Under the pieces are notes generated by a model that worked only from the letters and a program-made list of their open reading frames with translations, was not told the origin of the DNA and ran no database searches. DNA of 64,000 bases from Phoronis australis (Eukaryota > Animalia > Phoronida): the NCBI GenBank assembly GCA_002633005.1, contig NMRA01000659.1, positions 1-64,000 of the forward strand. The letters run 5' to 3'. Below are positions 1 to 13,400 of the stretch, piece after piece. Made by a program: the position numbers and the translations under genes. Within the stretch, counting starts at the first letter, position 1. Each line of letters starts with the position of its first letter.

Positions 1-1273
1 ATCACCAGCAGTCTCAATGTTTTCTTTGGCAAGATTTTTTATCAATTGGCCATTTTAAACAATCGCCAAAGCGATTTAATGACTCCACATTTATGTCTCC
101 CAATCACAAAATAAATAATAATAATTTTGCACATGAGTGCTTTATACTAGCTAAAATGAGTAGGCAGCCCTTCGCACTGAAAATATACGACAAGAAGAAA
201 ATTTCTGCCATTCTCCTTAGCATAGATCTTTTTGACTATTTGCATAGTATTGACTAGCTGCACGTAACCAACTGGTCTGCTCAATGGGACTTCAAAACAA
301 CACAATATGCAACCCAGATCCCAGTTTATCTATTTCTGAATCAGTTTCTGTTGTTTTTCAAGAAACCTCAACAAATGCAACAGAATCACATGCAACATCT
401 CACAAACTATTCTCATTCACTATGAACTTGTGAATGCGCTGCACATTTTGAGCAAAAAAATGATGGCAGGGCACATTTCTGCCAACGTTATACGCTGGTT
501 TACACTTTAGCAAGAACAATTATCCTGGTGACAATTGAGGGGTCTTAGTAAAAATAAGTTGGTTCGTGTCAACAATCCTCAGAAATTTTGCACCTTATCA
601 CACATCATACAGTGACATGACAATTACGAGTACATGGCAAAACCCGAAGCTGGTTTAGTTGTTTTTGAGCTAATCTGCACCATACCTTCATTAATCTTTG
701 CCCGAGTATCTGTACCAGTCTTTTTTGTTATCCAATACCGGGCCACTCCAAGTGCGTGACCCAACAAAACACCAACCAAAATCACAGAAATTGATCATTT
801 TATAGCAAAAACTGACGAGATATCATGAAAATCATGAAAATGCAGCGTCAATGGCTATTTTTGACAGTTTTGCCAACTGCTGAGTTGATACAAAATGCAG
901 TTTCCGAGATTTTGAAAAATATCATGAACGCCAAAATCGCACATGTCCCAAACTTCAGAATGAAGAAAACACAGTTTTGCTTTGAATTTCAATGTCCCAA
1001 ATTTCAGAGGCTACCCAATTTTTACCATAGTTGCTAACTGTTGACTATATGATAAATTGAACTTTTGGCTGCCTTAAAATACTACTAAAGTGAAGTGTTC
1101 TCTATAAACCGCACATATACGACTGGCAGTGATGCTTTGGAAAACCGCTTTCCCATAATGCCGCATAAGTGAAATCCGTAAAAAAGACAATTTTGAGCTT
1201 GTTCTTGCTTGCTAACGCCAAAGCTAGTGAGCACTTTCCTTTTCTTCATCCTTGGAGCAAAGATAAATTTTTG

Positions 1274-1464
1274 TTAATCATCGGCCCAAATGTCCTTTGT
1301 CTTTTTGTACAAAGATTCATACTGAGGCTTGCTCCGTAAAGCTTGCCGCACAGCGAGGCGTGCTCGCTCAATGTCCTCAACAAGCACCTCTCTATTCATG
1401 AGCTGGCGATGAATTTGGAGGAAGAAGGGTATGTATGTAAGGTACTCCACAAACTCTATGTAAC
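1274..1464 (-). CDS. Gene A last coding exon (second half of EF4 and tail, YIEFVEYLTYIPFF...KDIWADD*)
   Basis: ttttttccag acceptor, phase 1, TAA at 1274-1276. Confidence 0.92.
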
Positions 1465-4400
1465 CTGGAAAAAACAAAATTCAACGTAGACTGAATGTTC
1501 ATTATTCAACTCCTATAATTAGTATGATGAGTGATGACAGGCAGGTACTGCCAGACAACCAGTGAGATGTGTCTAGACGACAGGCAGGTACTGCCAGACA
1601 ACCAGTGAGAGGTGTCTAGACTGACAGTTAGGTTTGGCCACACAGCCTATGAGAGGGTTCATACGAGTCATTCTGACCAGTCCTCTCAACAAAATAATTT
1701 GGTATGGCACTAACTGCAAATTAATTTAACATGTCGTGAACACATCCACTAAAACAAGAAACTGTAGGAACACCGCATTTATCCACCTTCACTCTCATCA
1801 GGCTTCTATTGTGAGTCAGCATGCGTGAATAATTGGCTGATAAGCCACCTCTGGAACTACTTTGGGCTGAATGGATGACCAGGCCATAAAATGATAATTA
1901 GCCAAGACCAGTTACTATAATGCAACAAAGAACAAATAATAATGTCTTGCATCACCTAGCCTTGGTGGAAAGCTGTTTACTGTATTGGCTCAAACAAACG
2001 CTTAGAAAAATTCATTTCACGGGGAGGGGACGCTTATTGTAGNNNNNNNNNNNNNNNNNNNNNNNNNNNNNNNNNNNNNNNNNNNNNNNNNNNNNNNNNN
2101 NNNNNNNNNNNNNNNNNNNNNNNNNNNNNNNNNNNNNNNNNNNNNNNNNNNNNNNNNNNNNNNNNNNNNNNNNNNNNNNNNNNNNNNNNNNNNNNNNNNN
2201 NNNNNNNNNNNNNNNNNNNNNNNNNNNNNNNNNNNNNNNNNNNNNNNNNNNNNNNNNNNNNNNNNNNNNNNNNNNNNNNNNNNNNNNNNNNNNNNNNNNN
2301 NNNNNNNNNNNNNNNNNNNNNNNNNNNNNNNNNNNNNNNNNNNNNNNNNNNNNNNNNNNNNNNNNNNNNNNNNNNNNNNNNNNNNNNNNNNNNNNNNNNN
2401 NNNNNNNNNNNNNNNNNNNNNNNNNNNNNNNNNNNNNNNNNNNNNNNNNNNNNNNNNNNNNNNNNNNNNNNNNNNNNNNNNNNNNNNNNNNNNNNNNNNC
2501 CTCTTTTCAAATATTACAGTAAAAACTACGTAAAATTCTCTCCATAAAAAGTACAGTTGTTAGGCTAGACTGTAATCAGCTGATCATATCCGCATGAGCG
2601 AAGTCAATTATCCTCGCTCGTGACTCGATGAATAGAGCAGCTTGGCGGCATCCCTTTGAGCATGAGCCGAGCGCGTCTCAGCCAAGGTGGATAAATACGG
2701 TCTAGTTCAATTTTCCATACCCCGCCTGTTACCTTAAACACCAGGGTTAGAACCAATTTTATTTAGTGGGAATGTTCATAGCATGATAGGTCAATGGTCA
2801 GAATTTTTGAGAAAAATTCTAAGCAATGTTTTTTGAACTAGTCATTATGCCCATTCTTACCATTTCTGTCTTTATCCACAGTTTGTAGCAAGATCTCCAC
2901 AAAATCTTTATCTGTTCCCACGTCCAGTCCCATTCCAGCGGTCAAGATGACCATCATCTCATTAAGGCTTATTTTACCACTGAAGTCCTCGTCAACTAAT
3001 TCAAACATTTCCTATAACCCAATCAAATTATAAGCTTGTTTTAAAATAGTGCGACAAAGTATCCTTAATGATATGTCAAAAATTCTCAAAATTTGGTATA
3101 AGAGGTCTGATGGCATTAAATCAGTTATGGAGTAAATATTATCTGAGACAATGACACTACAGAAGCAAAATCACAAGAACTATTATACAAAGACCACAAA
3201 ATTTAATACTACGGTAAAAAAATCTTCAGTGAGACGCAACATGGCGGACAGGGGAAATTTCATTTTGTCAAATTTATAAACAAAAATAACTTTTCAGGAA
3301 ATTTTCTTTTAACATGGTTTGTATGGTGTAGCTATTACCAAAGAACATTTGGTAAAATTTTGAGAATTTGCAACAATCCGGTAAGCCTCTGAAAATATGA
3401 ATGTGGCAATTTTAGCAATCATTCATGTCTCAAATTGAAGAATTTTTACCATAACAGCCAAAACTGGTTTGAGAATTAGACTACAATTTTTCACGACACT
3501 TCTAGTATGCTTCATAGCATAGCATCATAATAAACACTTATAAAGAGTTTGAACAATGTCAGAAGCCTATCTGTAAACTGCTTCGCCATCTATCAAACAG
3601 TCTTCCTGACACGGCAACAGAATTTGTCAAAACTTCACAATGATAATTAGTAAGCGAGAGGTGCAAGTTTCATTTAATATCAAAATTCTAATCAATAATT
3701 ATGATAATCACTTACTCTGTATGAAGTTATGTGATAGGCAAGTTTGGGCAGATTCAACTCCAGGGGTTCATCAGCAGAAGAAAGCCTGAATAAGAAATTA
3801 GTCTTTTAGTAAAACTGATTTCCCAATTGTATTGTTTTTCACTGAGTACAGGATTTTGCAAGTAGCGAACTTGGAACAAATCTAGGAAACATGAACGACT
3901 CATGACTCTAGATCTACTTTTACAACAACAATCTTTTGAAGTGCCGTCTACCCTCAGGCTGGCAACAAAAAGTATGCCAGTGTACAGGTTGGCGAACATG
4001 ACAAAACAGTTTGGCAGAGTTTGCCTGAAGACTGATTGCCTAACCAAAACATCAGCAAATTTGAGTTAGGCTGAGTTGGCCATGTTCAAAAGTTTGTCAG
4101 AGTTACAAGAATGTTGACGGGACTTCTTGATGAACAGTCGAGCATCAGATCTCACCCGTCTTAATAAAATTAACCAACAAAATAATATGTCAATGATAAA
4201 TGAACATATGCAACTATTTAGCATAAAAAAGTTTAAAACTAAAAAAAGTTTCGTGACCTATTATTACATGCAGCAAAGACTTAATACTTAGTAATTGGTG
4301 AGATACAGAGATTTATGAGTTTTCTAGCCGCCACAAAAACTTAGTTCGATGTTTCATGTCTTTTCACCCAGGAGTCCATATTGTAATCAGGGAGGAGTCT

Positions 4401-7400
4401 GCCAATGAACAAACTTAAGGGGCCTCCCTTGAGAGTTCCTCAAAGCAGTGCAGTGACTGGCCAGTGGAGGTGGTAACCCCAGAATCTCTCTATATCCAGA
4501 CTTGATTTGCCGATGTTAAAATAACAAAATGAAAGCAGTCTTACACATGTCCAGTCAGGCGGTCATTCAAGGCAGCTACAGTAACAAACTCATTGAGATC
4601 AATGGTCTTGTCTTTGTTCAAGTCAAAAACCTGAAATGCACATAAGGGGTTCTTAAAAGACACAAAACATGAAAACTATGGTAAAAATTCTTCAATTTGG
4701 AACAAAATATTTGGTAAAATTAATTTTTCAGAAGCATACCACATCATTGCAAATGCTCAAAATTTGACCAAATGTTACTTCAGTTGGTAATGGCTATGCC
4801 ATACAAATCATTCCAAGTAAATTTTCCTGAAAAGTTATTTTTTGTTGAGAAATTTGACAAAGCGAAATTTCACCTGTCCACCATATTGTTTACCAAACTG
4901 AAGAATATTTACAACAAATAGTCCCCAACTTTAAAACGTATTCACAAATTTATACTCTACACCACCCAGTAACTACAAAAATTGCTTTTTTTATTTTTGG
5001 ACAACTATCAAGTGAATTAATTTCCAATAAAATGCACTGTGGTTTTGACCAGCTCACTGACTTCAACAGACGTCTCCTACCTAAAGTTTAACAAAAAAAA
5101 AACAAAAAAAAAAACAACAACAACCTGCACAATTTCTAGCAGTGTTTCAAATGCACTTACTTTCATAAAGAGTGCAACGTCTCGTTTTGTGGCATTGATG
5201 AACAATTTCTGGTGGAGTTCCTTCATACTAAGTACACCGTTGCCATCTGTATCCAGACTGCGGAACTTCTTGGTGTACAGCTCCCTCTGTTGGTCACTGA
5301 TGAAGGAGTACATGTAGAGATCTGACAACTGAAAGAGGGAGTTAAATGGAAGTAATTTCTCTGCATCAATTTTACCAGTCACAAAATATGGGTCCTTGTA
5401 TAATGGAGAATAGCTGCCTCTTGAACTTAACTCTACTCTTTCACAGAATTACAGAAATTAATTGGCCGGTAACAGAGCTAATGTGGACAAAAAGGAAGCT
5501 TAAGTCCCAACCAATCCACCTTTATCAATTGTTTATCAGAATTTCAGTAAAACAATACTATAGTTTTACTGTAAAATAGAGATGAGCATGGCAGCAGTGT
5601 ACAACTATGGGATGAGTGCTTAACTAAAGCACAGCATTGTGGGTAAACATCCAAGAATCTGAAATGGCACTGGGGTATTTCAGGATGAAGCTGTTGGTCT
5701 TTGGATCACATCACTGCTATTGTATTGTAGTTGCCACATCAGGCAAATTTTTTAAACTCAAAGTGTGCATGAAGCATCAGTCTTCACCACAAGATTCAAA
5801 TAAGTATCCTCTAATGATTCCAATCAGACAATTTTAATTACACACTCAGGTAACAGATTCATGTTTGAGAACCACGTGCGTGTGTGCTGTAAGACTCAGA
5901 TTCAAAGCAAGCACATGTTGTAACGGTTTACTTTCTGTGTCAATTTTGACGCTTTAGAACAAGTCAATTTTTTGTACAGTAATGACAGACAAGCCCACTG
6001 GAAACACAAAAATAGATAAAAACAATGTTTCAGTACAGTCAGGCAAGGTTGGTTTGTAACTACGCCAGCTAAACACAGAGAGAAATAATTATTCCACGCT
6101 CAGTGTGATGTTGTCTCCACTATTACAACAGGAAATTGGGCAAAACAAAAATCAGAGCAAGTATAAGTGCATCGGGCCGGTTTTCAAATTCGCCATAATT
6201 GTATAATCATTATGGCATCTCACCCCCATGGCATCAGATGCTGGTTTTAATGATTCAGTCCTCTTGCGGAAGATGGTCATTGCATCTTTTGTTTCTTCCT
6301 CTGTCATTTCATCATCATCATCTAAAAAATAACCAGTAATTCAGTCCAACCATCACCATGCAAGGGTAATTTAGAAATAAAGTGAAAGTTAATGGTCAAA
6401 TAACCTACTTGATCAGCTAACAAACCACAAACCAAATGAATGCATCTACAGGTGCTGCTAAACACAAACAATTCCTGAACTACCACTAAGAAATTAGCGT
6501 ATCTTAAAAGTTTTAAAAGTAAACTACTTTCTTCAAAACTTCTCCAATAAAACATTAAAGTAACTAAATTTGAATCACCTAGCAACCTTGACATGACTGC
6601 CTTAACAACTTACACCCCCCTCACCCTCAGATCTCCTGCTAGCAGCCCATTCCATACCCAGCCCATTCCATACCCTTCTGTTTTTAATGCAATAAGCCTA
6701 ATATGGTGGAAATAATCACAGGACACTACATTTTAACATTAAGATTAACACGCTCACTTAACTCAGGCATGTCTTTTATGAATAGACTTGACTTGCTGCT
6801 AGGCTGGGACATACCTTGCTAATGCCAGAATTATTGACATGCTAACAGAGGCCTTGCAATAGTTCAGTTAATAATAAGTTACTTGAGACTAACTACCCAC
6901 TTCCCTACCCACAATTCTTACCATCCCCAAAGAGGCCCTCTGCATCTTCATCGTCCGCCTCTAACTCCTCGGGGAATACCCATCCAGAAGTGCCCTTCAG
7001 GTGATCCACGTTGAACAACTTGTTTTCCAGTGCCTTCAGCGTGTTGTTTAATGCGTCCATGTCAAAACTGCTGCTGCCACCTGTCATGTAGTCCTCAAGG
7101 CTCAAAACAACCGGTTCAGGTTCGGGGGGTGGCTCTGGCTCTGGTTCAGGAGGCCGCGAGAAATCTACATTCATCACACTGAAAGTTATGATGACAAATT
7201 TAAGGTCAAGTAGGACCTAGAAAAATTTCAATTTTGGCCAACTTCTGGCAATCATATCTCAGAAATGGCTGATTTAAATTACATGAAACTTTTAGATACT
7301 ATGCTTTATATATTTTTCAAAAATGCTGTTAGGTATTTATTTTTAAAATGTTTCACTTTTGCCTGAGGGGCTATCAAACACTAGGATTTACGTGGTTTTT

Positions 7401-10400
7401 GTGAAATTAAAAAGTTTTTCATTAAAAGTTGAGATTTATCACTTTTTTCTTGCCTTCAACACCAATACTTTTCTGCTTACAGCAAAGTCTCACTAACTTA
7501 GGACAAAAAATGGCGGAAAAGTGAAACTTTACTTTATGATCTTTCCATGATAGTATGTAGCAATGAAGAAATGCTGTTACACGTTTGAGGTGTGTAACAT
7601 AGATACCACAACACAATATTCTAAAAATTGGGCACATTTACAATAATGTTAGAAGCCTTTGAAAAATGAAAAAATGTCTATTTTGGTAATTATTTTTGTC
7701 TGATACTGATGAGATGATTTACCGTAGCTAACATAATGTACATATTACTCACTCCTCTTTATTTGGCTGGTACAATTCCCTGTCAATCTTGAAAGCTGCT
7801 CCAAAATTGGATTCACTAAACTCTTTGCTCTTGTCATTGCTTTCCTCGGCTTCTTCAACCCTCTCTAAACGTCTTTTGTCCGTTTCCCCCAGTATCTTGA
7901 CAGACTGCTCTGTATCGTCTGCTTCTTTGCTTTCACTGTTAATATCGTCTGCTTGTTTGCTATCACTGTCAATATTGCCTGCTTCCACTGTTCCAGCAGT
8001 GGTATCACCCAACTCCTCATGATCATTGACACCAGTATTTTCAACTTGTTCATCATTTACATTAATATTACTATTATTATTATCATCATTTATCACAAAA
8101 CTATCATGGTTGTCCGAAAAGTGAACGGTCTTTCCACTCTTTCCTTTGACAGCAATTTCTTCATCATCATTAATATAATATACACTGTTAACGTCCTTAT
8201 TGGTATGACTGATCTGGGTCACTGGCGTGTTGACCCGCTTGACTGACCCCACTCTGGGGTGACTGTAATAATCGGAAGTTTCTGAAAAAAATCAGCACAT
8301 CTGCAACATTGTATAACCCTTCATAGTTTTCAAACAGTAAAGAGAAATAGTTGTTGAAAATAGTAAAATGGTGCAATGCAGAAGCAAAGTGTACTATGTG
8401 AACCTCATAATTATGAACAATCAGTTTTTAAGAAATGAAATATGAAATTATAGTTAAGGTTATGTGTAAATATAGAAAAATGCTAAATTTTGACTAACTT
8501 CAAAAAACCACATAAAAAAACAACAAAAGTTGCATAAACAAAAGCACAGAAAACTATTGACAATTATTTCCCAATTGCACCTCAAATGTTCATGTTTCAC
8601 AAGAAATAAGAAATTGTTCATGTTATTGATAGCATTGTTTTTCTGTGAATGTTTCTTTCATTTTCCCCAAATTTTATAAATGACATGCTCACATGTTCCA
8701 ATCAATGATTGAATAGTAAAAGTCCACACTAAATTAACTACTAAACCATTTCTTCTTACTCAAAATATTTGCTTGTACTATGATCTTAAACTTTAAATTT
8801 ACAGTTTTGTAGCTATTTGATTAAATGCAAAAGGATGACGGTAAACCATTTACACAAAACCTTAAATGAAGAAATGAGAAAAAATAGACCAATAGAGGTC
8901 ACTCTTTTAAGCACTCGCGTGAAAACGAAAGACAAGCAATGTATTAATATAGAAGAGACTGTCTTAAAGTAGGCAAGAAGTAGAACATATCAATTTAAAA
9001 TCAACGTCACTGTTAGTAAACAAAACATGGACATACAAGGTAGATACAAAAACTGCAAACTCAATGAAACAAAACACTTTCAAATCCTTCAAGTTAACTG
9101 CATGTTTAACTCTATTCAAAAGCACCAAAATGTTACTTGAAGCTGATAGAACCACATGGGCCTGCAATCCATCGAACAAACAAATTCTTGAGTTATATGC
9201 CACCTGCAGCTATGAAAAGTGTACTAATCTTGTTCCTTATATCCATAAGAAGTTTTCTCCGTGCATGGAAAGAAATGACACTTGGTAATGCTTAGGACCA
9301 AGCTCCATTCTGGGCTTGGCTATTCAAACCCCATAAGGGGTAACAAAACTATTACCTTCTCAGTCACGGGACCACAAACCCTTTGTTAAGTTGTGATTAG
9401 TTACAATAACTACTGTCACAGAATTCCCATGTCAACTTCAAAAGGCCCATTGTGTTTGAATGACACCCACGATTTACAACCCTCCACAACGCTCCAAGCC
9501 ACTTTGAGGACTAGTTACCCCCTCCAAGCCAAAAATGGTTGAGCTCGTTCTCTAGCAATAACAAACACACTTCTTTACAAGCCCAGAAGCCACATACAGT
9601 TTGACTAAGGAACAATTTCACTACTGTAAGCCACTAAATCAAAAGTTAGTTTGTTAATAAGTGGGTTACAGAACCGCTCACTACAATACAACAAAACAAC
9701 AGTACATCAAAATTGATGAGTTTAAATGAAATTAACATAATTTAGAGGGAGAGGGCCACGCAACCACCTGTTATTATTACTTAATAATGATCGAAACAAC
9801 AAAATTGTTAAAACAATGACAATCTGATGAATTTTTAAAATGAAGAATTCTACACATTCAACAACAAGGGAATACATAAACGTCTACCTCTATGCTGGAT
9901 TTGAATTCTAAAATACCAAATAAAGTTATTCACATACATTGCTGGCATGGAAATGGGAACTTTGAATCTCATTTCTACATCTACATTTTCTAACTGACAT
10001 TTCTTAAATTATTAAGAAGTCAAATAACTTGGCTGATTCTGAGCATGAACAGAATCCTCCATTCTCATTTGACACCCTCACAAGTGTAGATTGGGCAACT
10101 CAACTGCATGGTTTGCGTACTGCTATATCTGGCACAAAGATGAAAGATACCATTCAATTGTATGCAATTACATCGCTTCTGGAGGCCACAGGTTGCCAAT
10201 GTTATTGTTCTCTAGATAATTGGACCCATCAAAAACAAACTGAGGGTGACAAAAATATTTTTTAAATTTTTGTTTTGAGAGTTTTTAAATAGCATAGTTG
10301 AATAATGATGTAAGAAGTGGTTACTACTAGAAGCTTTTGAATTTTGAAAATCAGAAATGTGACTTTTACAACCTAAAACTTAAGTACAATGCTGCCATAT

Positions 10401-13400
10401 TATGATTTTCATAAATTCTGCTGAATGTGCAACATAATTGGGCCCATTACCAAACCACCAGGCAGCAGTTGGATTTTGAGGTAAGCCAAGTGTCATCGTA
10501 CAATTCTTGGCATGGACTATTACAGGCTCAGTGATGGACTCCACCCTGAGATGACTGCATAGGAAGAGACGCTCTACGGAGATACACGAGATGTTACCTG
10601 ATGGCATGCACTCAGGCAAGACGTGACTTTCCTATCTCAGCTAAAAGACACATGTTAACACCAAACAGTCCCATACTGTAGAGCATCATGCAAATGATTA
10701 AACAAAGAGATTCTTCAATTTGGGACTAATTGCTAAAATTGTCATATTTTTAATTTTGAGAGGCTCACCACATTGTTGCAAGTGCTCAAAATTTTACTGA
10801 AAAGTTATTTTTGTAATTAGAAACTTGATAAAATAAGCTTGCACCTACAGTTTGCCATATTGTGTCCCAGATTGAAGATTTTTTATCATAACTTTTACTA
10901 CACGCAGAAAATACAGCCATGGTGAGATGGATAGGCCATAAAATGTACCCAAATGATACATGTAGCATGTCACCACAAGCCTAAACATCACACAAAAAGT
11001 TATTAATAGTTCAGATACAAAAATGTCACCAAACTGCCAATATTTTCATGACAACCCTAACCCAATGCAGCAATCTACCTTTGTTTGTCAGGAAGACATT
11101 ATCTCCCCTGTCGTTGTCTACGAGTGGTAAATGACCACCTGGTGTTGACTGTTCACCTCCCTGAAGTAAAAAACATTTAACACTTATTAGTAATGCACAT
11201 TTCCAATTGACCTCAGTTGTGCTCTCCAAACAAAAAATTAAAACTCAACAGGAATTCCAAAATTCATGAACACGTTGGCAGAGTCCTATTATACTTTAAG
11301 GTTACAGCATAACTCAAGTGAAATTTGGAATCAGTACCACAAACTGGTACAAATATTCAAAATGACCTGTTTGCTGAAAGAATTTTGTTGAATCGTTTTT
11401 CAACTTGACGCGAGAGAGTCAAAGTACTCACATCAAAATCAATTAAAACTGTTACCAAAACAAGTCAAATCAGTTATGGAGAACACAAATTAAGGACACT
11501 AAGCAGTTTTTGTTCCTTTTTGACTCAAAAGCACAATGAAATAACTTTATCTTGCAATCGTAGCCATTAGGTGAATAAAAGGACTAGCCTGCCTCCCAAC
11601 TAATTCAGATTTCTACCTTCAACAACAAAGATTGCCAGCCCACTCTTAGTAAGTTTTGACATACTAGTAAGTTGTAGATGCCTTCGGGCTTAAAGCAAAC
11701 CAACTTCCTAAACAGGTGAGGACTGCATACCAGTTTGGATGATTCAGATCAATGAACAATTGGCCATAATTTTTCTTGAAGCATTATAAGTTCCTGAACC
11801 AAATTTTAGTTCAATTTAGGAATTAGAGGAATATCATACTAAGCCTCACTAATAACATGATACCTGTTCTTCAAAGCTTAAAGTGTACAGTGTATTACGC
11901 TTCAATTCAAAAGTTACTTAAACAATGTATATGGTAACGCATTATGAATGATCAAAAACAATCACTCGAACATGTTAGCGTAGTACCTTGTATTTTCCAG
12001 GAATAACCGGAATGTTAAATACAGGAAGTAATGAGACAATCCAAATCATACTGAAACATATCTCGTGTGAAAACTTGTGCCAGTGGTAATGAGGAATGTC
12101 TGACATTTTTGCTCTAAGTTGACTAAATTCAAAGAAAACGTGTTGTGCATAAACACATGAAGGCAGTTTTGAAGTGCTGTGCAACCTGAGTGTCAAATTG
12201 TCAACATGTAAAAGTGGGACAAGACATTTTTGAGACGATGATTCTTGAGACGGATACATATAGTGAAGCACTATTCACTGGTGTAATTCAGGAATTATCA
12301 AACTTAAAAAAATTTAAAAATGAACCCAACTTGCAATGTTTGAAAAAACACAACGGTAAAATCTCACCAATTTTGGGTAAAATAACCACCAAAATAGCCA
12401 TTTCTTTGTTTTTCAAAAACTTCTAACGTTGTTGAGAATGAGGGATCAATTTGGAAAACCGGGGTATGGGTAAACTGACTTATAGGTCCTCAAATCTTTC
12501 TAGGCCAATTTGGAGGATCAATAAATCACGTAATTTTTTGGTCTTATTTCTCTTTTTTCTTCCAATTTTAATGGGCCCGATAGCCACCCAACAGTTAAGC
12601 AACCACAATGCACCAATAAAATTAGTTTTGCACCAATGAAGTGGTGGGTGCTTCTAAAATTGTCCCTGTGAATGTCTGCAATAGTGCAAAATAGTCTATG
12701 GTGATAGCTAAATGGTACAAACTTTGAGCATGTAAAAATATTGTAACACATCTTTCATGGAAAAATTAAACAAATAAAAATTCATTTTTTTACCATATTG
12801 TGTCCTAAATCGGTGAGATTTAACCTATTACAAAACATAGAACATTCCACCTCCCGAGGTACACTCTTAATTCATTTTGTTTTGGAAGACTTTTGGAAAG
12901 CAGGTTTCTAATATCTGTAATATGTCTTGTCCCCATAAACCAGAACAGTGTAGAAAACATAATTCATGCAGGCATTGAAGATATCTTACCCATAAACCTG
13001 ATATTGAGAGCCAGTTGAAAAAGGTATTTTATGAATGACAGTACTTTGAACGTTAAATCAGCAATTAATAATCAGTAACTAAAATCTTTTTAGCAATTTA
13101 AACATATTATGAGCAACTTTCATAAGATAAGAAATAAAAAATAAATGGTCCGTTGGTGAAAATTTATACAAGCACAAGAACATGTCACTGAGTTCACCAG
13201 TGGCATGTTATCATTGCTGCTGAACTTTGATACATTACAATTGACAAATAACAAATTTCCACGTTTTAAAATCAGAACTCCATAAGGACAATTTTCAGTT
13301 CAACTTTTCTAACCTGACATCTCAGGTAACTTACCTCAATATGTTCTCCATCTGGTTTATAATCCAACATGGCCACTGCATCTGAATACCTTAATGTGAA

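Noticed and set aside
2034-2510. 158-aa ORF
   Set aside because: Artefact of the N gap.
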